NCBI GenBank assembly: GCA_963708025.1
Contig: CAVPSB010000044.1
Location: 32,001 to 96,000, forward strand
Reading direction: 5' to 3'
From: an uncultured Candidatus Rokubacteria bacterium
Lineage (GTDB): Bacteria > Methylomirabilota > Methylomirabilia > Rokubacteriales > DASRDR01
DNA: 64,000 nucleotides
Shown: positions 52,729 through 62,100 of the stretch, in pieces
Numbering within the stretch: the first letter of the stretch is position 1
Layout of the letters: every line of letters starts with the position of its first letter
Translations under genes and position numbers: made by a program
Notes under the pieces: generated by a model
The model's database searches: none
What the model saw: the letters and a program-made list of their open reading frames with translations, nothing else
Told to the model about the DNA's origin: nothing

Positions 52729-53135
52729 GGGCAGAGCTCCCGGCGGACGCGATCCAGTAGTCCGTTGATGAAGCGCGTGGACTCCTCGGTGGAGAACTTC
52801 CGGGCCACCTCGAGCGCCTCGTTGATCGCGACCTTCGGCGGCACGTCTCCCGCCCACAAGAGCTCGAAGATCCCGGCCCGGAGGATGTTGCGGTCGACCA
52901 CGGCCATGCGGTCGAGGTCCCACCGTTCGGCGAAGCGGGTGATCAGCTCGTCGATCTTGTCCTGGTGCGCCTTGGTGCCCCGGACGAGGGTCTCGGCGAA
53001 GCTCCGGACCTCGTCGGGCGCCGGCTGCCGCTGCCAGAACTCGTCGAGCGCTTCGCCGGGATCGGCGGCCCCCCGGAGATCCAGCTCGTACAGGAGCTGG
53101 AGGGCCAGCTCGCGCGCCTTCCGCCGCTTCCCCAT
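52725..53135 (-). CDS. nusB: Transcription antitermination factor NusB
   Basis: RRKARELALQLLY, WDLDRMAVVDRNILR, PPKVAINEALE, FINGLLD. Follows ribH. Confidence 0.97.
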   Translation of the reverse strand: MGKRRKARELALQLLYELDLRGAADPGEALDEFWQRQPAPDEVRSFAETLVRGTKAHQDKIDELITRFAERWDLDRMAVVDRNILRAGIFELLWAGDVPPKVAINEALEVARKFSTEESTRFINGLLDRVRRELCP

Positions 53136-53144
53136 GGGCTGTTC

Positions 53145-53173
53145 GGGACCTCCCGCCTACCCGATCCTTCGAC
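53145..53173. repeat. Family-2 terminal segment (29-bp near-direct repeat of 53866-53894)
   Basis: GGGACCTCCC(G/T)CCTACCCGATCCTTCGAC occurs at both positions. Confidence 0.85.
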
Positions 53174-53235
53174 CTTTTTCCGAGACCCCACGAATGTTCT
53201 CAGAGTCTGCGAACCAATGCCTCAGGCTCCTTGAT

Positions 53236-53356
53236 CCCACCACGCGTCGGCTTCTCGCAACCCTCTGACTCTGGCCCCGCGGCCGTGGCGTTCCACTTCG
53301 AGCCGCGGCTTCGCCGCGGCGTCCGAGGGGGGGCTTCCGAGACCCCCCCGGAGATC
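53236..53356. repeat. Repeat family 3 copy
   Basis: CGTCGGCTTCTCGCAAC, a GCCGCGGCTTCGCCGCGGC hairpin, and GGGGGGGCTTCCGAGACCCCCCCGGAGA next to the ribH stop. Confidence 0.8.
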
Positions 53357-53863
53357 TCAGCCCCGGGCCGGGCGCCGGCGCGGGCGGCCGCCCAGGCTCT
53401 GGAAGAGTCCGACCAGCTCCAGCGCGGCCAGCGCCGCCTCCTCGCCGCGATTGCCGACGCGGCCCCCGGCCCGCTCGACGGCCTGCTCCTGAGTGTTGGC
53501 GGTGATGACCCCGAAGGTCGCCGGCACGCCGGTCAGCCGTGCCACCTCCCCGATCCCCCGGGCCGCCTCGCCGGCCACGTACTCGAAGTGCGGTGTCTCG
53601 CCCCGGATCACGCAGCCGACGCAGACCAGCGCGTCGACCGCCCGATGCCGCGCCAGGGCCAGGGCGACCTGCGGGAGCTCGAAGGCGCCCGGCACCCAGA
53701 CGACCAGGACGTCCTTGTCGGCCACGCCGTGCCGGCGGAGCGTCTCGCGGGCGCCGTCGACCAGACGCTTGCCGATCTCCTCGTGAAAGCGCGAGGCGAC
53801 GATCGCGAAGCGCCGGCCGCGGGCCGACAGCCCGGCCCGGGCCCCGGGGGCTCTTCCCGCCGT
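53357..53863 (-). CDS. ribH: 6,7-dimethyl-8-ribityllumazine synthase (apparent ACG start)
   Basis: In-frame upstream of the tracked ORF: LSARGRRFAIVASRFHEEIGKRLVDGA. Also WVPGAFELP, GCVIRGETPHFEYV, QAVERAG. Confidence 0.93.
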   Translation of the reverse strand, partial: TAGRAPGARAGLSARGRRFAIVASRFHEEIGKRLVDGARETLRRHGVADKDVLVVWVPGAFELPQVALALARHRAVDALVCVGCVIRGETPHFEYVAGEAARGIGEVARLTGVPATFGVITANTQEQAVERAGGRVGNRGEEAALAALELVGLFQSLGGRPRRRPARG

Positions 53864-53950
53864 TTGGGACCTCCCTCCTACCCGATCCTTCGACGGCCTT
53901 CGGCCTTTGGCCCCCCTCCCCCACCCACTGGGGGGAGGGGGGGGCCGGAG
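53864..53950. repeat. Repeat family 2 copy with a GNA module
   Basis: GGGACCTCCC...[ACGGCCTTCGGCCTTTGG]CCCCCCTCCCCCACCCACTGGGGGAGGGGGGGGCCGGAG closely matches the scpAB array unit. Confidence 0.85.
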
Positions 53951-53994
53951 AAGCTGTCGGGACGAGCGCGAGGAGACGATTCGTTCACGGGCCC

Positions 53995-55251
53995 TCAGAA
54001 CGAGAAGAGGTGGCCGAGCTTGTCCTGCTTCGTCTTCAGGTAGAAGCGGTTCTGCTCGGACGGGAGGATCTCGATCGGCACCCGCTCGGCCACCGTGAGG
54101 CCGTAGCCCTCGAGGCCCACGATCTTCTTGGGGTTGTTCGTCAAGAGCCGCATGGTGCGGATCCCGAGGTCCACCAGGATCTGGGCCCCGATTCCGTAGT
54201 CGCGGAGGTCCGCCTTGAAGCCGAGGGCCTCGTTGGCCTCGACCGTGTCCTTGCCCGCATCCTGCAGCTCGTAGGCCTTGACCTTGTTCAGGAGCCCGAT
54301 GCCACGGCCCTCCTGCCGCATGTAGACGAGGGCGCCGCGCCCGGCACTGGCGATGATGGCCAGTGCCTTACGGAGCTGATCCCCGCAATCACAGCGGAGC
54401 GACTGGAAGACGTCGCCGGTCAGGCACTCGGAGTGGACGCGGACGAGCACCGGATCGTCCCCCCGGATCTCGCCCATGACCAGGGCCGGCACCACGCGGT
54501 CGTCCACCGTCGTCTCGTAGGCGATCGCGGTGAACGTGCCGTACGGCGTCGGCAGGACCGTGGTGGCCGCGCGGTGAATCAGCTTGTCCTTCTGGATCCG
54601 GTACCGGATCAGGTCCCTGATCGTGATCATCCGGAGCCCGTGCGCCTCGGCCAGGGCCAGCAGCTGGGGCATCCGGGCCATCCGGCCTTCTTCGTCCATC
54701 ACCTCGCAGATGACGCCGGCCGGCAGGCATCCGGCCAGCCGCGCGAGGTCCACGGCGGCCTCGGTGTGCCCGGCGCGGCGCAGCACGCCGCCCGGCATCG
54801 AGCGGAGCGGGAAGATGTGGCCGGGCCGGGCCAGGTCCTCGGCCCGGGTCGCGGGGTCGAGCAGGGCGCGGATCGTCAGCGCGCGATCGTACGCGGAGGT
54901 GCCGGTGGTGACGCCCCGCTTGGCGTCCACGCTGACTGTGAACGCCGTGCCCATGCTCGCGGTGTTCTCGCTCACCATCATGGCGATCCGCAGCTCGTCC
55001 AGCCGCTCGCCGGTCAGGGGGACGCAGATGAGGCCCCGGCCGTGCTTCGCCATGAAGTTGACCGCCTCCGGCGTCGCGCGGTCGGCGGCCATGAGGAGGT
55101 CGCCCTCGTTCTCGCGATCCTCGTCGTCGACCACGACGAGCATCCGCCCCTGCCGGATCTCCTGGATGGCCTCCTCGATGGCTACGAAGGGCGCCGGCCG
55201 CGGGTCGCGGTCGTCGTCCGCTCGCTCGCGCGGATCAGTTGACGGTGTCAT
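53995..55251 (-). CDS. ribBA: Bifunctional DHBP synthase / GTP cyclohydrolase II
   Basis: [36 protein letters not shown]...[21 protein letters not shown]. Confidence 0.98.
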   Translation of the reverse strand: MTPSTDPRERADDDRDPRPAPFVAIEEAIQEIRQGRMLVVVDDEDRENEGDLLMAADRATPEAVNFMAKHGRGLICVPLTGERLDELRIAMMVSENTASMGTAFTVSVDAKRGVTTGTSAYDRALTIRALLDPATRAEDLARPGHIFPLRSMPGGVLRRAGHTEAAVDLARLAGCLPAGVICEVMDEEGRMARMPQLLALAEAHGLRMITIRDLIRYRIQKDKLIHRAATTVLPTPYGTFTAIAYETTVDDRVVPALVMGEIRGDDPVLVRVHSECLTGDVFQSLRCDCGDQLRKALAIIASAGRGALVYMRQEGRGIGLLNKVKAYELQDAGKDTVEANEALGFKADLRDYGIGAQILVDLGIRTMRLLTNNPKKIVGLEGYGLTVAERVPIEILPSEQNRFYLKTKQDKLGHLFSF

Positions 55252-55970
55252 CCGGAGGCCTCCCCTGTCGGCGCCAGCAAGCCGTGGCGCTCGAGGAACT
55301 CGCGGGCTTCTCCAGCTTTCGTCTTTCGTCCGCGCCCGGCTCCCTTGGCGCCGGTTCTAGGGCGAGCTGCCCGGCGCGGACTGGCTGGCAAGAGCGCCCG
55401 CACGTACTTGCCGATCACGTCCATCTCCAGGTTGACGCGGGCGCCGACGCCGCGGCGACCGAGCGTCGTCGCCGCCAGCGTGTGGGGGATGAGGGCCACG
55501 CTGAACGTGGCCTCCCCCAGCGCGGCGATGGTCAGGCTCACCCCGTCCACCGCGACCGAGCCCTTCGGGATCAGGAGCGGCCGCAGCCCGCCCGGTATCG
55601 CGATCGTCAGCCGGCGGCCCGCCCCTTCGGCGTCGGCCGCCGCCACCCGGCCCACGCCGTCCACGTGGCCGAGCACCAGGTGGCCTCCGAGGCGCGCCCC
55701 GAGGCGAAGCGGCCGCTCCAGGTTGACCGCGTCGCCCGTCACGAGGTCGCCGAGCGTCGTCACCCGAAGCGTCTCGTCCGCCAGATCGAACATTAGGCGC
55801 TCGGACTCGACCGTCACCGCCGTCAGGCACACGCCGCTGACCGCGATGCTGTCGCCCCGGGCGGTTTCCCCGCTCCACCCACGGGGCACCCGCACGGTGA
55901 GGCGGTGCCCCGCCCCGCCGGAGCTCACGCTCTCCGCTTCGCCGAGCGCCTCGACCAGCCCCGTGAACAT
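55248..55970 (-). CDS. ribE: Riboflavin synthase alpha chain
   Basis: [52 protein letters not shown]. Confidence 0.97.
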   Translation of the reverse strand: MFTGLVEALGEAESVSSGGAGHRLTVRVPRGWSGETARGDSIAVSGVCLTAVTVESERLMFDLADETLRVTTLGDLVTGDAVNLERPLRLGARLGGHLVLGHVDGVGRVAAADAEGAGRRLTIAIPGGLRPLLIPKGSVAVDGVSLTIAALGEATFSVALIPHTLAATTLGRRGVGARVNLEMDVIGKYVRALLPASPRRAARPRTGAKGAGRGRKTKAGEAREFLERHGLLAPTGEASG

Positions 55971-57121
55971 CAGCGCGCCACGTCCCCTTCGATCAGGAGG
56001 TCTTCGCCGATGGAGCGATAGGTTACCCCCGTCACATTCACAGCCTCCTTGAGAGCTCGCCCGACCCCGCCGAGCGGCCCGGGCGCCGTGCGCCCCCCGA
56101 GGAGACGGGGCGCTACGAAGAAGGCTACCCGGTTGACCAGCCCGGCGTCCAGTAGGCCGGCGCCGAGCTCAGCCCCGCCCTCGGCCAGCACCGCCACCAC
56201 GTCGAGCTCCGCCAGCTTCGCCAGGAGGGCCGGGAGGCTGACCCGGCGGCTCTCCCGCTCGCGGGGCAGCTCGAGCACCTGAACCCCCAGGCTCCGCAGG
56301 GCATCCGCCCGCCGCCGGGGGATCGGCGCCGCCCCGGCGACGATCGTCCGCGCCGGGGTCCCGGCCCGGAGGATCTGGGCGGCGGGCGGCGTCCTCAGTC
56401 GGCTGTCGGCCACGACCCGGAGCGGCTCCTTGGGCGGCACCTCGGGCAGCCGCACGGTGAGCGCGGGGTCGTCGCGGAGGACGGTGCCGATCCCCACCAG
56501 GACGGCGTCCGCGAGGAAGCGGAGCCGATGGCCCTCCCGGCGGGCGGCCTCACCGGTGATCCAGCGGGAGGTGCCGTCCCAGGCGGCGATCTTTCCGTCG
56601 AGCGTCATCGCCGCCTTCAGGGTAACGTGGGGCCGGCCGGTCGTGACGCGCGTGAAGAACGCGCGGTTGACGGCCCGCGCCTCGGCTTCGCCGACGCCGA
56701 CCGTGACGGCGATGCCCGCTTCCGCGAGGGCCGCGAGGCCCCGCCCGTTCACCCGTGGGTTCGGATCCTGGCAGGCGGCGACGACGCGCGCGACGCCCGC
56801 CGCGATGAGCGCCTCCACGCACGGCGGGGTGCGTCCGTGGTGGGCACAGGGCTCGAGGGTGACGTAGCACGTCGCGCCCCGCGCGGCGTCCCCGGCCTGG
56901 GCCAGGGCGGCCACCTCGGCGTGCGGTCCACCAGCGCGCAGGTGGGCGCCTTCGGCGACGAGGCCGCCGGCCCGGACGAGGACGGCACCGACCGCGGGGT
57001 TCGGAGAGGTGAGGCCCAGCCCCCGGGCCGCGAGCGACAGGGCTCGTGCCATCCAGACGTGGTCGCCCCCGTCAGGCTCCGAGGAGGGGGCTCCGGCCTG
57101 GCCCGGTATGCTTACCGGCAT
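55970..57121 (-). CDS. ribD: Riboflavin biosynthesis deaminase/reductase
   Basis: TSPNPAVG, HAE, VTLEPCAHHGRTPPC, KAAMTLDGKIA, WITG, DDPALTVR, EGG. Confidence 0.97.
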   Translation of the reverse strand: MPVSIPGQAGAPSSEPDGGDHVWMARALSLAARGLGLTSPNPAVGAVLVRAGGLVAEGAHLRAGGPHAEVAALAQAGDAARGATCYVTLEPCAHHGRTPPCVEALIAAGVARVVAACQDPNPRVNGRGLAALAEAGIAVTVGVGEAEARAVNRAFFTRVTTGRPHVTLKAAMTLDGKIAAWDGTSRWITGEAARREGHRLRFLADAVLVGIGTVLRDDPALTVRLPEVPPKEPLRVVADSRLRTPPAAQILRAGTPARTIVAGAAPIPRRRADALRSLGVQVLELPRERESRRVSLPALLAKLAELDVVAVLAEGGAELGAGLLDAGLVNRVAFFVAPRLLGGRTAPGPLGGVGRALKEAVNVTGVTYRSIGEDLLIEGDVAR

Positions 57122-57144
57122 GGGGAGACCTGCATCCGCGACGC

Positions 57145-58059
57145 TCAGCCGACGAGGGCGGTAACGAAGGCGTCGGGGTCGAAGGGGGCGAGATCCTCGG
57201 GTCGCTCGCCGGTGCCGATCAGCTTGATCGGCAACCCCAGCTCGCGGACGATGCGGACGACGATCCCGCCCTTGGCGGTCCCGTCGAGCTTCGTCAGCAC
57301 GAGACCGCTGAGGGTGAGTGCCTCGTGGAAGAGGCGGGCCTGGGCGATCCCGTTCTGCCCGGTGGTCGCGTCGAGCACGAGCAGCGTCTCGTGCGGCGCC
57401 CCCGGAAGCTGCCGGCCCACGACGCGCTTCACCTTCTCCAGCTCGGTCATGAGGTTCGTCTTGGTGTGAAGCCGTCCCGCGGTGTCGATGATCAGGACGT
57501 CGACGCGCCGCGCCTGCGCGGCCTTCACCGCGTCGAACGCCACCGCGGACGGGTCCGCGCCCGGCCCCTGCTTGACGACGGGCACGCCCACCCGCTCGCC
57601 CCACCGCTCGAGCTGCTCGATGGCCGCGGCGCGGAACGTGTCGCCGGCCGCCAGCAAGACTTGGTGCCCCGAGGCCTTGAGCTGCCCGGCGAGCTTCCCG
57701 CACGTCGTCGTCTTGCCGGAGCCGTTCACCCCGAGGACGAGCAGGACCGCCGGTCGCGCGTCGAGGGCGAGCGGCGCGCCCCCGCCCTTGAGCGCGGTCC
57801 GCAGGTGGGCGGCCAGGGCTTCCCTGACGTCACCGCCGGTCAGGCGGCCTCGCCGCGCCTGGTCACGCACCGCCTCGATGAACGCCTCGGTCGTCTCGAC
57901 ACCGAGATCCGCCTGGATCAGGATCTCCTCGAGATCCTCGATCGTCGCCGGCTGGAGCTCCTCGCCCTTGAAGACGCGGTCCAGTCCCTCCTGGACGGCA
58001 TCCCGAGTCTTGGCCAGCGTCTGGCGGAAGCGCTCGGTGAGTCCGGAGAAGAGCTTCAC
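57145..58059 (-). CDS. ftsY: Signal recognition particle receptor FtsY (NG domain only)
   Basis: GVNGSGKTTT, GDTFRAAAIEQL, DTAGRLHTK, DATTGQN, TKLDGTAKGG. Confidence 0.97.
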   Translation of the reverse strand: MKLFSGLTERFRQTLAKTRDAVQEGLDRVFKGEELQPATIEDLEEILIQADLGVETTEAFIEAVRDQARRGRLTGGDVREALAAHLRTALKGGGAPLALDARPAVLLVLGVNGSGKTTTCGKLAGQLKASGHQVLLAAGDTFRAAAIEQLERWGERVGVPVVKQGPGADPSAVAFDAVKAAQARRVDVLIIDTAGRLHTKTNLMTELEKVKRVVGRQLPGAPHETLLVLDATTGQNGIAQARLFHEALTLSGLVLTKLDGTAKGGIVVRIVRELGLPIKLIGTGERPEDLAPFDPDAFVTALVG

Positions 58060-58832
58060 GGACCGGGCTCGCGGGGGAGCATCAGGTCCCAGACGACCTG
58101 GCCCCGGGCCCCGAGCGGGGGGAGCGCCACGCCGTCCAGCTCCAGGCTCAGCCCCCCCGCGTTCCCCACCGTGACCGTGAAGCGCCCGGGGCTGCGCCAC
58201 TCGCGCACGGTCCCGGGCTCCAGCATTTCCTGCTGCACCGCCCCATCCGCCGGGCGAACCCAGACCCAGGTCGACTCGTGAGCCCGCGCGACTAGAGTGT
58301 GGGCGGCGGCTTCCTGCGCCGGATCGAGCCGCGTCCCCGGCCGATCCGCGGCCGGCGCCGTGGGCGGGTCGCCGGGCCGGGCGGGCACCCCGCCCTCGCT
58401 GGCCGGGCGGGGAGGCTCCGCGGGACCGGTCGCCGCGGACGAGGCCAGGAGGTAAACGGCGCCGCCGACGACGATCAGGATTCCGGCCACGAGGAGGTGC
58501 GGCGCGAGCGACCGCCAGGTGAGCCACGACCCAGACCCCGGCGCCGCTTTGAGGACGCTGGCCGGCAGCTTCGCCGCCGGCCGCTCGTTGACCCGCACCC
58601 AGGCATTGAAGAGCGCGAGGGCCCGGTCCGGCGGCTCGGCCACGGCGGCACAGAAGGATCGAATGAAGCCGCGGACGAACACAGGAGCCGGCAGGTCCCG
58701 CAAGCGGCCTTCCTCGAGGGCTACGACGAAACGCGGGGGGACCCGGGTGGCGCGCGAGAGATCGTCGAGCGACGATCTCTTAGCCTCTCGGCATTCGCGA
58801 AGTAGCGCGCCGAGTTCCGCGCCGTCCGGCAT
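58056..58832 (-). CDS. rodZ: RodZ-like protein (HTH_25, TM, DUF4115)
   Basis: LGALLRECRE...LEEG...LPAPVFVRGFIRS, one TM, WVWVRPADG, VGNAGGL. Confidence 0.85.
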   Translation of the reverse strand: MPDGAELGALLRECREAKRSSLDDLSRATRVPPRFVVALEEGRLRDLPAPVFVRGFIRSFCAAVAEPPDRALALFNAWVRVNERPAAKLPASVLKAAPGSGSWLTWRSLAPHLLVAGILIVVGGAVYLLASSAATGPAEPPRPASEGGVPARPGDPPTAPAADRPGTRLDPAQEAAAHTLVARAHESTWVWVRPADGAVQQEMLEPGTVREWRSPGRFTVTVGNAGGLSLELDGVALPPLGARGQVVWDLMLPREPGP

Positions 58833-58842
58833 GATGGATCGT

Positions 58843-58853
58843 AGTCTAGCACA
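58843..58853 (-). promoter_or_regulatory. Putative extended -10 promoter for rodZ
   Basis: Minus strand TGTGCTAGACT, 10 nt before the ATG. Confidence 0.5.
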
Positions 58854-59021
58854 GGGGTCCGCTGCAGCCACAAAACCAGGGCCGCTCGCCCCCGGCGGCA
58901 GCCCGTCCCCCCCCGCGGGGGACCTGGCCCTCTGGGCGGTAGCTGTCGGACCCTTCCGTCTCCTCCCCCCTGCTCACCAAGTCCGTCGGGGGCGGTCCGG
59001 AAGACCCCCGCAAAAGTGCTC

Positions 59022-59147
59022 GCGGCGGGGCCGAGGAGCGAGCAGCGCTAGGACGCAGGGAGTCGCCCACCGCAGGCGTATGCCGCATACGCCGAGGATG
59101 GGCGACGACCGAGGACGACGCGATGCGAAGCTCATCGGCCCCGCCGC
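59022..59147. repeat. Intergenic palindromic repeat family 1, copy E (minimal form)
   Basis: 126-bp form without insertions. Abuts the smc TAG stop. Confidence 0.93.
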
Positions 59148-62100
59148 CTACGCGAGGCTGACGGAGACCAGGCGGGACAGCCCCGGCTCCTCCATCGTCA
59201 CCCCGTACAGCACGTCCGCTGCTTCCATGGTCTTGCGGTTGTGAGTGATCACCAGGAACTGGGTCTGGCCGGACAGCTCGCGCAGGACCCGGGTGAAGCG
59301 GTGGATGTTCGCGTCGTCGAGCGGGGCGTCCACCTCGTCGAGGAGGCAGAACGGGCTCGGCCGGTAGTAGAAGATGGCGAACAGGAGGGCGAGCCCCGTC
59401 AGGGCCTTCTCCCCGCCCGAGAGCAGCGAGATCGACTGGAGCCGCTTTCCGCGCGGCTGGGCCACCATGTCGATGCCGGTCTCCAGCGGGTCCCCGTCCT
59501 CGGGGGCCTCGACCATGCGCAGCTCGGCCCGGCCGCCCTCGAAGAGCCGGCCGAAGAGCTCCTGGAAGTTCCGGTTGATCGCCTCGAACGCCGCGGCGAA
59601 CCGCTCCTGGGCCGTCCGGGTCATCCCGCGCAGTGCGCGATCGAGATCCTTCATCGAGGCGGTCAGGTCGTCGTGCTGCGCCCGCAGGAACGTCAGGCGC
59701 TCGTCCAGCTCGCGGTACTCGTCGTCGGCGATCAGGTTGACCGGCTCCAGGCCCGTGATCTTCGCCGTCAGCTCATCGATCCGAGCCCGGGTCGCCGCGA
59801 CGTCGCGCTCGGGCTCGTGGGCCGCCCGGAGCCCGTCGGGCGTGACCTCGAACTGGCGGCGAGCGTCCGCCTCCACGTCCTGCCGCCGCACCCGAACCTC
59901 GGCCGCCCGCACCGTGAGCTCACGCAGGCTCTGCGTCACCCGCGACAGCTCGGTCTCGGTCGCGCGGGCCTCCTCCCCCAGCGCGCGCAGCCGCTCGGTG
60001 AGGGTCTGGAGCTCGTCGGCCGCCAGCTGGGCGGCGGCCTGGGCCTCGTCCCGGACCCGGACCAGCTCGGCCGCACGCGCCTCGAGCCGCACGTGCTCGG
60101 CCGCGCTCTCCCGAGCGCGCTCGCCAAGCCCACGGGCGCGGGACTCGCCCGTCGCGATCCGGGCCCGCGTGTCGGCCTCGTCGGCGCCCAGGCGCTCCAG
60201 CTCCGATTCCGCGGCGTCGATGCGGCCGGCCAGGCCGGCGAGATCCACCTGCGCCTGCAGGAAGGCCTGCGCCCGCTCGGTCTCGGCGGCGGCGTCGGTC
60301 TCGATCGCGGTCAGCAGGCGGGCGACTTCGGCCTCCGACGCGCGGGCGGCGGCCTCGATCCCCGCCAGCTCCTCTCGCTGGTCGCGGAGCTGACCCTCGA
60401 CCTCCGCCACCTCGGCGGTGAGCTGGGAGGCCTCGATGCCGAGCGTCCGGGCGAACAGCTCCCCCCGCTCGGCGTCCTGGCCGACGCGTTCCAGATCCTT
60501 GGCGGCGCCCAGCCGATCGACATCCGCCGTCTCGCGTTCGCCGGCGACCCGCTTCTGCTCGACGCCGAGCGCGGCGAGCGCCGCCTCGGCGGCCTGGAGC
60601 CGCTCGAGGGCCGCCGCCAGCCGAGCCTCGAGCCCGGTCACCATCGCACGCAGATCTCGGATCGCCCGCTTGCGGGCGAGCAGCGAGGCGTCCCCAGCTC
60701 CGGTGGCCCGGCCGCCACCGACGGCCCCGGGCGGGCTGACCAACTCGCCCTCCACGGTCACGTAGCTCGTGCCGTTGCCGTTCTGACTCCAGAGGCGCTC
60801 GGCGGCGCCGAGGTCCCGGACCACCACCACGGCGCCGAGGAGGTTCTGGAGAAGCGCGGGATACGGCGAGCCGATGAGACCCGGGGCCACGCCCACCACG
60901 CCGTCGTCCTCGGGAACGTGAACCTTGGGCCCGCCGTTCAGCCAGTCGAGCGGCAGGAACGTCGCTTGCCCGCCCCCGTCGGCGCCGCCGTCCCTCAGCA
61001 TCGCGAGCGCCTGCTTGGCGGTGGCGACGGTGTCCACCACGACCCACTGGAGGCGGTCGCCGAGCGCCGCCTCGGCTGCCCGCTCGAGGTCGCGCGGGAC
61101 ATCGAGGAGATCCGCGACGGTGCCGACGATGCCGGCCAGCCGGGCCTCACCGGCGGCGGCGAACACCGTCTGCACGCCGCGACCGTACCCCGCGCGCTGG
61201 GCCTCGAGCTCCTCGAGCGCGGCCAGGCTCGACCGCCGCGAAGCCAGGGTGACGCGACACTCCTCGGCGGCCCCCGCCGCCTTGGCGCGCTCCGCCCCGG
61301 CCGTCTCGCTGCGCGCGGCGAGGTCGTCGAGGGCAGCGTGCAGCTCCGCCGCCCGGGCAGCGGCCACCGCGAGCCGGGTCTCGGCGGCCACCCGCGCCGC
61401 TGCCAGCCGCTCCCGCTCCGCCTCCGCCCCCTGTTGCTCGGTCGCGAGGCGCGCGAGCCGCCGGCCCAGCTCCTCGCGGCGCTCCTCGCGGCCGCCGAGG
61501 GCCTGGCCCAGCTCGGTCCGCCGCCCGGCCAGCCCGACCTGGTCGCGCCGGAGGCGCTCGGCCTCCTCGCGGGCCTGGCGGAGTCGCCCCCGGATCGCCT
61601 CGATCGCCGTTTCCTCGGCCGCCGCCCCGGCCTGCACGGCGCCGAACTCCTCGCGCAGCGCGGCGGCGAGCGTTCGCTTCGCGTCCCGCTCCCCGCCGAG
61701 CGCCGTCAGGCGCCCGGCGAGCGCAGCGGCCTCGGCGGCCAGCTGTGCCAGCTCCGCGGTCACCTCCTGCTGGGCCTGGCGGAGCTGCACGGCCCGGGTC
61801 AGCGCCGTTTCCAGCTCCAGCTCGGCGCGCTCCCGGGCGTGGCGGAGGTCGCTCGCCCGGTGCTCGGCGGCCATCGCCTCGGCTCTCACGACCTCCTGCT
61901 CGGCGCCCACGGTCGCCGCCCGGGTCTCCAGCTGCGCCGCGCGATCGGTGGCTGCGGCCTCGCGCTCGGCGAGGCTGGCTTCCTCGGCGACGAGCGCCGC
62001 GTACTCCACAGCCAGGAGCGCCAGCTCGAGAGCGCGCCGCTCGGCCTGGAGCGCCTTGTACTGCTTGGCCTTTCGGGCCTGGCGCTCCAGCGAGGCGAGC

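Noticed and set aside
55971..57144. FMN riboswitch upstream of the rib genes
   Set aside because: Only 23 bp separate the ftsY stop from the ribD start, and I saw no RFN consensus.
58854..58954. SRP RNA (ffs) near ftsY, or 6S RNA
   Set aside because: It has CCAGGTCC but lacks the GNRA tetraloop and AGCAG symmetric loop of SRP domain IV, and it is too short for 6S.
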